From NCBI GenBank assembly GCA_049606035.1, contig JBMYVD010000004.1:2313-66312 (forward strand): a DNA stretch of 64,000 nt. The letters run 5' to 3'. A model generated the notes under the pieces. That model ran no database searches. It saw only the letters and a list, made by a program, of their open reading frames with translations, and had not been told where the DNA came from. Numbering within the stretch: position 1 is the first letter of the stretch; every line of letters starts with the position of its first letter. The stretch comes from Candidatus Poseidoniaceae archaeon. Lineage in GTDB: Archaea; Thermoplasmatota; Poseidoniia; Poseidoniales; Poseidoniaceae. Both the position numbers and the translations under genes were made by a program. Positions 46,883 through 56,000 of this stretch are shown here, piece by piece.

Positions 46883-47920
46883 ATGAGGTCACAGCGCAAG
46901 TCCAATAGTGACCTCGCAGTCAGTGAAGTCATCGGTGTCGTGATGCTTCTGGCGATGGTTATCACAATGATGGGAGGGGTGTTTGTATTCCTCACACCAT
47001 ACGTCAATGATTTTCAAGACAATACCGCATGGTCAAACGCAAATGGAATTGCTGAAAGGCTAGATGGTAGGATTGATGTCGTTGCAGGAGCAAGTGCTGA
47101 CACCGGACTTAGAACTACAATTCCCCTAACTATGAGCTCAATTTCTCCTATCATTAGTGCAGAAGTGTGGACTGTATCAGCAGATTTGACTGCAGGAGAA
47201 ATTGTAACAGTCGAGTACATTAATCAAACTACATTCGGTATTACCTCGGAAAATGAAACAGCCGACCGTGCAATAATTTGGACTGAAGGTGGGGAAGTCG
47301 AAATAACATTCAATGAAACTTACGAAGAGGTTTTGATAACCCATAATTTGAGTCTTGCAGACATTTATATCGTAACCATATTCGATGGAGAAAACGAGAT
47401 TCACAAGCATGCAAAGATACCAATTTCAGGATTAATGGTAAAGACCAAAGTTCAGACAGGTGAACATTCAATTGGACTACTGAACGATGCTCGATACGAC
47501 AAATTCTCTGATGAAACCTGGAGTATAACTTCAGCCCCTGACATGAATATAGAAGAATTATTCGACGGCACAATGAGGGCTAGTTTGTCTCTGAGAGACG
47601 TAGATACTGCAGGAGCGATTCCAGACGGCAGAAACGCTGTATTTGATATCCGTTCAGAAGGGCCAATTACTCTCTTTAGTGGTGATGCATGGAACTTCAG
47701 ATTTACATTTGAATCATCATTAGGACCAACAGTCGCCCCACAGATGACTGAAGGTTGGTTAACCGACTACAACCTCCACAGAGCGTCTAACACTCTAGAC
47801 CAGCATAGAGGTATCAGCCCGTGGTTAAGGGCAAGCGGAATCGATGGTCTGACAATAGACCACGGCAATTCTGTAATAGATCTTGAAATCGAATTGCAAT
47901 TGGTGGAGGTTAGCAGATGA
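46883..47920 (+). CDS. Archaeal type IV pilin-like protein (class III signal peptide, DUF1628/Pilin_N-like N-terminus) with a large globular domain
   Basis: MRSQRKSNSDLAVSEVIGVVMLLAMVITMMGGVFVFL matches the archaeal pilin N-terminal pattern (..R(A/G)VSPVIGVVLLVAIT..). Its stop overlaps the next start as ATGA. Confidence 0.7.
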   Translation: MRSQRKSNSDLAVSEVIGVVMLLAMVITMMGGVFVFLTPYVNDFQDNTAWSNANGIAERLDGRIDVVAGASADTGLRTTIPLTMSSISPIISAEVWTVSADLTAGEIVTVEYINQTTFGITSENETADRAIIWTEGGEVEITFNETYEEVLITHNLSLADIYIVTIFDGENEIHKHAKIPISGLMVKTKVQTGEHSIGLLNDARYDKFSDETWSITSAPDMNIEELFDGTMRASLSLRDVDTAGAIPDGRNAVFDIRSEGPITLFSGDAWNFRFTFESSLGPTVAPQMTEGWLTDYNLHRASNTLDQHRGISPWLRASGIDGLTIDHGNSVIDLEIELQLVEVSR

Positions 47921-49965
47921 TTCGCAACAACCTCCGCAGAGACGAGGAAGCAGTAAGCGCGGCTGTAGCCACGGTCCTACTCTTTGGTGGAGTAGTTTCA
48001 ATTATTGGAATTATGTTACTTTCATTGATGCCGGTTATACAAGAATTGGAGGGTTCGCTCAAAAGAAATGATATGCAAGCCCAAATGGAAATAATGGCAC
48101 ACGAGGTCACATTACTTTCTGAATCAGGATTACCCGGTGACTCAAGTCAAGTCGAACTCATTCCGGTCGATGGAGAACTCAGATGGGATAGATTCAGAGG
48201 AGGGATGTGGTATTCTGCATCTTGGTATGAGGGTGATACTTTCAGAATCCAAGGAGCTTTAGACTTGGATAGAGATATCGATGTGAGGCATGCTGAAAGC
48301 AACGTACAAGCGATTTGCTATGAGGACATGAGACTGGGGCCGGATAGGCCATTCATCTTTACACCGAATAATCAAACCGATACAGTACTAGTAACTCCCA
48401 AACACGGTTTGACAATACCGCTTGGCCCTGTACAAATTGAACACGCTGGGATAGGCCACTCCCTTTCAATAGGAGAAGTCATGCAACTAGATTCAGACTA
48501 CGAAATAAAATCCAGTCATGATTTAGTTGGCTTACAAATAAAAGGTGATTCAGGAGTTGCACTGATACCACCTTCCAAGGCAAATCCCGCAACTGGCAAG
48601 GGGCAACATTGGGCAATTCCTCTACCATCGGGAGAAACTACCATCGAAGTCTTCGCTGACGATGACATCCTTGTTCAATGGCATACTCTCACCAATTCTG
48701 GACAAGAAGCGGTGCCTCAAACCAATGCGGTAAGGATAGCAAATTCATGGACAAAAACATTCAATCTGTCCGAGATTAGTTTAGTGGAGATAGTTACTGA
48801 CGTAGATGCGCATCTGATGATTTACCATGGCGATTCTGGCAAAACATCTCTGCTGGGAGAAGAGGGAAATTATCTCTCTAAGCACTTCATAGCACCTTAT
48901 CAATCTGGAAATTTGTCATTCTCTAATCCTAGCCAAAATGCTGCAACTATTACATGGAAAAATGGCGGTATATCAGTACCTGCCAATCAAACTATCGAAG
49001 TCGAGTGGCCTCCTTCGAACATCGACAGCGCTGCAATCTTAGAAAGTAGCGAGAATGTTCTTGTCCAGTTGAAACTAAATGGCAAAGGAATGACATTCTT
49101 GCCAGCTATTGACACAGGTCAAATCACTGGTCTAGAATTCATTGAAGATAATTCACAGACGATAATCAACTATTCCTCTGAGTATGATGACTATCAATCA
49201 AAATTAGCAAAAGATGGAAATTCAGGGGTTCTAGCATTAGAGGATGATGGAGCCATGCGTTGTATTGCAATAGACCAGACTGCATCAGGATGGATCTCAA
49301 CAACTCTGCCGTGGAAATCAATGAATGGTATACCAGAAGGGCAAATCATTACTTCTTGGAGAGACGGCGACCACCCGGCAAGTATTGAGATTACTTTGAT
49401 CGGAACAGAAGGAGATGCCACCCACGCTAACCTAGCCACTGCATGGGCATTCCATATCTCGAGACTAACTTACGAATTTGACACCTCGATTACTGGACTA
49501 GAAGTTGCATGGTCTGCTGGTGCAGTTGTTACAAATCATCCCGAGTTAGACCCGACGATACTAGTTGGGCCAACAGATAGACAAGGTCCCGGACCAAGGT
49601 TTAGCGCAACGATTCCTTCTATGCACCCTACTAAAACATCAGTTACTGGTAGCGGGATAATGGATCTTGACATTGAATTATCCATGAGAGAAAGTTTAGC
49701 ATCAACTACAGCATTTGACGTTAGGAGAGGATGGGTAGGACCTTACGGAGATGCGGTTGCTTCTTGGGCAAGCACGAGCCTAGAAACCTCTGAAGACTGG
49801 ATAGTTAATCCAGGTAGAATTGACTTACTTACTGACTATGTTGGCTGGGTACCTGTTCCTACAGTTGGACCTAGCGAAGCCGTATGGCACACAGCAGGGC
49901 AACCAATTCAGTTCAATCTACAAATAAGTAGCCTGAATGTTGAAATTTCGGAGGCAGGGTCATGA
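47917..49965 (+). CDS. Large (682 aa) type IV pilin-like protein
   Basis: MIRNNLRRDEEAVSAAVATVLLFGGVVSIIGIMLLSL has a charged head, an AVS motif and a hydrophobic helix. ATGA overlaps occur at both ends (47917-47920 and 49962-49965). Confidence 0.6.
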   Translation: MIRNNLRRDEEAVSAAVATVLLFGGVVSIIGIMLLSLMPVIQELEGSLKRNDMQAQMEIMAHEVTLLSESGLPGDSSQVELIPVDGELRWDRFRGGMWYSASWYEGDTFRIQGALDLDRDIDVRHAESNVQAICYEDMRLGPDRPFIFTPNNQTDTVLVTPKHGLTIPLGPVQIEHAGIGHSLSIGEVMQLDSDYEIKSSHDLVGLQIKGDSGVALIPPSKANPATGKGQHWAIPLPSGETTIEVFADDDILVQWHTLTNSGQEAVPQTNAVRIANSWTKTFNLSEISLVEIVTDVDAHLMIYHGDSGKTSLLGEEGNYLSKHFIAPYQSGNLSFSNPSQNAATITWKNGGISVPANQTIEVEWPPSNIDSAAILESSENVLVQLKLNGKGMTFLPAIDTGQITGLEFIEDNSQTIINYSSEYDDYQSKLAKDGNSGVLALEDDGAMRCIAIDQTASGWISTTLPWKSMNGIPEGQIITSWRDGDHPASIEITLIGTEGDATHANLATAWAFHISRLTYEFDTSITGLEVAWSAGAVVTNHPELDPTILVGPTDRQGPGPRFSATIPSMHPTKTSVTGSGIMDLDIELSMRESLASTTAFDVRRGWVGPYGDAVASWASTSLETSEDWIVNPGRIDLLTDYVGWVPVPTVGPSEAVWHTAGQPIQFNLQISSLNVEISEAGS

Positions 49966-50432
49966 CGAGTAGATTAGTCGAGGACGAGGCAGGGGCAAGT
50001 ACTGAACTTGGCTATATTTTCACTTTCATGCTCGGTGTATTGTTCCTCTCAATGTTTAGCGTCTGGGCGTTTGGTCTAGAAACCTCAACAAGAGAAAACT
50101 GGAATACAACCGCCGTTGATGTAAACATGGCAGATATTGCTGCTGCTGTCGAAAGGGCCGATACGGCAAGCAGACAAGACTCCAGTGTGAGTTACGCAGA
50201 AGTTGTGACATGGAGATTAACGGAAGCCGATGAAACAGAATTTGTTCTCACCCTAGATGACACGGGCCTATCACTTGACCATAGTGAGAATGAACTGGAC
50301 AGAGAGGTTTCGATATCAGGAACAGGATATGGCACGTATGATGGAAGAATCAACCTTTCAGGAACCGCAGAAATTTGGGTCGTCTACCACGAAGGTGTGA
50401 CCTATCTATCAACAACTAGACCAGATTTCTGA
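49962..50432 (+). CDS. Small type IV pilin-like protein
   Basis: MTSRLVEDEAGASTELGYIFTFMLGVLFLSMFSVWAF resembles the ..GVST.LGYVLTLGI.. N-termini of minor pilin-like proteins in haloarchaeal pilus loci. That comparison is from memory and unverified. Confidence 0.55.
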   Translation: MTSRLVEDEAGASTELGYIFTFMLGVLFLSMFSVWAFGLETSTRENWNTTAVDVNMADIAAAVERADTASRQDSSVSYAEVVTWRLTEADETEFVLTLDDTGLSLDHSENELDREVSISGTGYGTYDGRINLSGTAEIWVVYHEGVTYLSTTRPDF

Positions 50433-52958
50433 TCATCTGCCCATCACAGCGGTATGTACCATCATCTGTACTTCCCGCATTCTAGTCTGAGCACCTAATT
50501 CTCTGAAGACCGATAGTGCTCTTTGAAGGTATTCCATCCTTCGTTGTCTATCGGGGGCGACTCCACCTAATCTTGCTAATAGTTCACCGATTTGCATTCT
50601 CAAATCGTTTGCTTCAGAGATAACCAGTGCTTCTCGATATCTTTCCAATGCTTCTTCGATTCTACCGCTGTCTTGTAGAACCTCGCCCAACAAAATTGAA
50701 ACTTCAACCAAGGCAAGCGGGTCTCCTGCTTCCCCCATTGTTGATAGTGCATCTGTATAGTGATGTAAAGCCAAATCTGAATCGCCAGACTTTGCGTAAT
50801 ATCTTCCAAGTACAGCTCTTGCTCTAGCATGCAATATTGCATCACCGCTAGATTCAGACCTCTCATAGGAGGACAACGCGTGGTCTCTTGCTCTATCACT
50901 CTCACCCAAATCGAGTAACGCTCTTGCCAATACAATCTGAGCAGGAATCAATTCTGGAGAATCATCTCCATTTAGAATACTCTCGACTTCACCATAGGCC
51001 TCCAATGCCTTCGTTTTATCTCCGTTTCTTCGAAGGATATATCCCATATTGTTGTAGGAGCGAGCAGCACCTACCGCATCACCCATAGAGATGAATAATT
51101 CTAGGGACTTCCTGTGCATTCCAAGGCTTCCTTCTGAATCTCCACGCTTCAGAGCAATGTCTGCTAAATTAGAAACAATGTCTGCGATAACATCGTCCAA
51201 ACCTGCTGCCTCGGCTGGTGGTTTTGCTTGGTTGAATGCTTCTTCAGCTTCATCGAAGCGGCCGAGAAGGGCCAGTACTTCTCCCCTGAGTCTATCAACT
51301 CTGCATGCGCTGTCTGCACCTACTGATTTTGTATCAATAGATTCCAATAAACCTAACAGCTCAATGTGTCCTTCTTTAATCAAGTCTCTACCTTGCTCTA
51401 CTACCAATTTTGTAGCATCTTCGTGCCTTGAAGAAGAAATTAAGTGGTAGATTAACTCAAGAGCAATTTGGCTTGATTTAGTTTGTTTATTGTACCAGGC
51501 AACTGCTTTGTTGTGAAGATCTTCTTTAGACTGTTTGTCCAGACTTTGTAGAAGGAATTCTCTGATTAAGTCGTGAACATCATAAGTGCCTGAATCAGCA
51601 TTGCGGGCTAGACCGGATTCGACTAGCGAATCTAGTTCGTCAGTGTTCAGACCTTGTTCCGTTAGGGCCTCTAATTCGATAGGTTCACGAAATACGGATA
51701 GAGCTCCGAGTAAGCGCTTTTGCTCGCCAGACAGTTTAGAGAAAATCTCGATATTAACATAATTTTCCAGTGATTCGTGGAACGCACCTGCTGATGCTCC
51801 ACGATTAATCAATTCCAATACAAGAGGATGACCACGACTTAAGGAGTGTATGTACAGTAATTTTTCTTGGTCCAAGTCGTCAAAGGCAGAGAGAAGGGAC
51901 CTAGTTGATTCTTGGTCCAAGCCTTCTAGGGGGAGAACCAATGAAACAATTCTACCATCAGCGTCTTTGAGTGGGACGACCTCCTTGAAGGAGCGAGAAA
52001 AGATTACCAGTCCAACGTCACCTTCACACTCGACAAGGCCTCTGGATAGTGCTTGAATTGTTTGGTGTAGGGTCTTATCACTTACCTTGTGGTAATCATC
52101 GATAACGATTAGAGCTGGAGAACTAGCAAGAGAATCAACGATTATTCTTGCTGCATCAGCAGACTTTGGAACCGGAGTAGCAGAAATGTAATCAGCTAAC
52201 ATTGAATCTCCAATATTCGATAACCAATCAGCAATGCTCTCCAAGAATGCTCGACTTCCCTCCCAATCTTGACATCTATGATACATCAAATTCCTTCGAT
52301 GCATGAATGATTCAATCACTTTTGCTGCCATAGAAGTTTTTCCAATACCTGCTATCCCAGGAACCATCAAAGTCGTTGACCTAGCCTCAAGAAGGTTGAC
52401 CATGTTTTCTAATTCCGTTGACCGGCCATAGAAATGCCTCAATCTTGGCAAATCGCCAAGGCTAGTGACAAGTTGTTTCTCAACATGCTTCGAGAGGTCT
52501 CTTTCTACCAGGTCCGCTGAAAGGGAGCGGACATCCAGGACCCCGTTGTCATCTAGATACCTTATGACATCGACAGGCCTCATAGTAAACGGCAACTTAT
52601 CTTGGATTTCTCCAAGCGAAGATGCTATAGTGTTCCCACCAGGTAGGATTGCTCTGAGTTGGAATTCTCTAAGGTTCTTCCATGTCTCATCAGCCAATTT
52701 CATCCCAGATTCTGTCAAAAAGTAGGCTTTACGCTTTCTGCTAACACCTTGAACGTGGGCCTGCCTCTCGATTAGAAGTCCTTGGTCCTTCAATCCTGCA
52801 ATAGCCCTTGGAACGTTAGAGCGAGCAATCGCAACCGCATTTGCAATCCCCATTTGTGATAGAGCAAATGGAACTTCGACTGAATTCATAAAGTCGGAAA
52901 AATCAGAGAGGTGTAGCAAAATTCTCTCTTGAACACCCGGCTTTGGTCTGGTCGCCAT
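50433..52958 (-). CDS. wHTH - STAND/AAA ATPase - TPR signal-transduction protein
   Basis: The N-terminal winged-helix-like region (LSQMGIANAVAIARSNVPRAIAGLKDQGLLIERQ) is an inferred assignment. Walker A LMVPGIAGIGKTSMA and Walker B ALIVIDDYHKV. The C-terminal third consists of TPR-like repeats (ARSYNNMGYILRRNGDKTKALEAY etc.). Confidence 0.8.
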   Translation of the reverse strand: MATRPKPGVQERILLHLSDFSDFMNSVEVPFALSQMGIANAVAIARSNVPRAIAGLKDQGLLIERQAHVQGVSRKRKAYFLTESGMKLADETWKNLREFQLRAILPGGNTIASSLGEIQDKLPFTMRPVDVIRYLDDNGVLDVRSLSADLVERDLSKHVEKQLVTSLGDLPRLRHFYGRSTELENMVNLLEARSTTLMVPGIAGIGKTSMAAKVIESFMHRRNLMYHRCQDWEGSRAFLESIADWLSNIGDSMLADYISATPVPKSADAARIIVDSLASSPALIVIDDYHKVSDKTLHQTIQALSRGLVECEGDVGLVIFSRSFKEVVPLKDADGRIVSLVLPLEGLDQESTRSLLSAFDDLDQEKLLYIHSLSRGHPLVLELINRGASAGAFHESLENYVNIEIFSKLSGEQKRLLGALSVFREPIELEALTEQGLNTDELDSLVESGLARNADSGTYDVHDLIREFLLQSLDKQSKEDLHNKAVAWYNKQTKSSQIALELIYHLISSSRHEDATKLVVEQGRDLIKEGHIELLGLLESIDTKSVGADSACRVDRLRGEVLALLGRFDEAEEAFNQAKPPAEAAGLDDVIADIVSNLADIALKRGDSEGSLGMHRKSLELFISMGDAVGAARSYNNMGYILRRNGDKTKALEAYGEVESILNGDDSPELIPAQIVLARALLDLGESDRARDHALSSYERSESSGDAILHARARAVLGRYYAKSGDSDLALHHYTDALSTMGEAGDPLALVEVSILLGEVLQDSGRIEEALERYREALVISEANDLRMQIGELLARLGGVAPDRQRRMEYLQRALSVFRELGAQTRMREVQMMVHTAVMGR

Positions 52959-53011
52959 AGCAAATCATTCTCCTAGTACTCTTAGAGTGTTGTGTATTTC
53001 CGTGCTGGAAA

Positions 53012-56000
53012 TCACTGCTGAGGTGGCCTGTAGTTTGGATCTGCAACCCATTGATTGGTCTGAGCATCCCAAATCCATCCCGGATGCTGAGGCTGAGCAG
53101 CAGGAACAGGAGCAGGAGCAGGTGTTAGTTCACCTGCAGAAGCCGCTGCTTGTTCTGCAGCCCTTGCTTTCGCCCAAGCATACGGGTCTTCCTCTTTTTG
53201 CATCTCAGCCAGTGCGGCTTCATCATCTTCAAATTCTTCCTCAAACTCAAGGAAGAAGAATGCTCCAACAGCAAGAAGTATCGCGATGACTACCACCGCA
53301 ATAACAATCCAAACCCAAGAAGAAACACCCTCAGTTACAGATTCTCCCTTCTTCAGAGTAATTGAGTTACCATCATCCTTTCCAATAAATTGCCCATCTT
53401 GCTCGAAGTATATCTCGAAACTTCCGTCTCTATCGAGAGCTGAGGATGTGATATCCATATTCCAAAGGCCGTCTTCACCAACAACGGTATCATTCAGTTT
53501 GATGTCTCCCTTGACAAGTCTTGCTGTGACTACAGAATTAGGCAAACCAGTACCTTGGAACTCAGCAGAGTCACCGAACTTTACTGCACCTTCATCTGTT
53601 CTCTCAGCCGTGAACTCGACACCTCTGACAATGAAATTAACCTGGTATGAGTACTCTACAGAATCGAAGGCATCTCTTGCTTCGAACATCACACCCTGCA
53701 TGGACCAGTCAGAGATTTCACTTGATGTTTGATACATCGAATCCATCGGGTTGTAAACCGCTTTACCCTCTGGAGTGATTCTGATGTGATATGCATAATC
53801 GTCATCCAAAGCAGATGATGGGTCATCGTAGATATCGAAGACCATGTGGCTAGACTGTGGACCGACCCCATCAGAATCGTTGAAGAAGTCTAGTAGATTG
53901 ATTTCTGCTCCAGCCCCACACTTGTCAAAAGCACTGGATTTCTCATCACAGAAGATTGTGATAGTATCAACCCAGCCAGTTGGATTGAATGTTGGCTTGA
54001 CATTGTCTGCATCTGCTGGGTTATCGATTACGATGCGTACCGTTTCCATCAACGAGTAGTCTACACCATCATAAGCCCTAACTTGAACTTCATATTGCTG
54101 GTCGTGAATCAAATTGCTGGTATCCCAATATGTGTACCATGCACCGTTGGGTTGGAACGAGGTAATTGGATTTGGACCGTTGTTTAATTCGATTCCGCTT
54201 GCAAGGTCAATGATTGTAATTTCGACGCGCGTAACCTGTCCATCATTATCCCTTGCCACACCACTGATAATTGTATCATCTGATGCCCTTACACTCTCCA
54301 TTGGCAGTGGTTCGCTGACCTGGACAATCGGAATACGGTTGTCGTTATCGATTGTGATAGTGATTACTTCTGGATCACATACGTCCACAACTTCATGGCA
54401 ATAGTTTGAGTCACTTGCCCAAACTGTGAATGTGTAGTCACCGCTGGGGAGTGAAGAGAAGTTCCATGTGTCTGACCAAACAGCCGCCCCACCTGCGTTT
54501 GCAGGATAGTTTGCGGAGTAATTGTTAGGTCCTTGAACGCTGAACCAAATGTCTCTGATATCGCTTCCCTGGACACCCTGATAATCATCAGAGGCTGTTC
54601 CTGTAAAGAGAACTTCCTGGCCATCGTGAGTAGAACCATCCAATGGAGAATCAAGGTTGATTGTTGGTGGATTTATATTAAGTTTGAATACTCGAGTGCT
54701 TACGATTGATTCTTCTAATCCATCGTAGGACCTGACTCTGAATGTAACATCCTCTTCGAAGTGATTCGCCATATCCCAATCGAAACTCCATGTCTTGAAA
54801 GGCCAGTTTGTCATTGTAACTTCACCGTTAGCACCGGATGTATCTGTTGCAAGATACCAATCTTGGCTTCCGTGAGGTTGGATTTCCACCCTCTTGATAT
54901 CACCAAATTGTTTCAGCCATGAATCATAATCGTTGAAGTACGGACCGGATTGACCATCATGTGCAGACCCGGTTAGAGAAATAGTTCTTGCAAATGAGGT
55001 ACCGTCGTTTTGGTCTACACTTACAGATGGTGCAATATTAACCAAGTTGATGACTTCATCAACCATTCCGGTTAGAGTAAAATCGTGTGTTGATGTTCCC
55101 TTACTGAACTTCTTTGCCTCGACTGAATATGTTGGCAATTCTCGGTTACCTGATTGACAGTCTGGGTCTTGGTTGTCAGCTAATGTGTCACCATCATTGT
55201 CTATGCCGTCGCTACAGGAATCTTCACCTTGGTCAGTTGCTTGATGATTCCAGTTTCTATCGATGTGGAAGTTTGATGGAAGTGTAACCCACGGCGTGTA
55301 TCCATACGGGTCGGTTGTCATGTTGTACAACGGCTTTCCATTTGCATCCTTGATTGTTACAAGGGCGTCTGAAACTTGAGAATTGTCAGCTTTGACTTGA
55401 TACCTTACGAGTTCTCCTTGCTCGACTTGGACACCCCATGCAGTGTTTTGATTTTGGATGTGGATCTTCGACCTATCGAAGTTCTGCACATCAGAGTAAG
55501 TGAATGTTGTAGCATTCTGATTTAGTTCCATAGCCAGAGGCATGAACTTAGGAGGCCACACACCAGTAAGTGGAACTTGTAAGCACACTGAAGAGTCCCA
55601 TGGGCACTCTCTATCATCCCAAGTTAGCATTACAGGATACATCTGATTGCCACCTGGGTCTGGCATGAACTCGCTCTGTACTGCAACTCTAGATTCTGTA
55701 ACGTTGTAAATCTGGGAGGCGTTCGAGTAAGTGTTACCGGAGAAGTAAGCGATTGAACCATACTTGTTTCCATAATTGTCATCGTACAGCGAGATATTTG
55801 CAGCAAAACCACCCACCTCTATGTCGTTATTTTGGGCGTTTACAATTCCGCCCTTAATTCTGAATCCATCTCCTACGTTATTTGTTACAGTGTTGTCCAT
55901 GAATGTAGCTGAAGCCATGTAAACGTGGAATGCAGGACACGGGAAATCTCCTCCATACATCTCAACAGAATTACATGTTCCAGTGTTGTTTGAGATTATG

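Noticed and set aside
50433-52958. Avs-type antiviral STAND defence protein
   Set aside because: Avs-like proteins carry N-terminal nuclease, protease or other effector domains. Here the N-terminus looks like a winged-helix DNA-binding domain, and the neighbours are surface-protein genes rather than defence genes. The idea cannot be fully excluded without profile searches.
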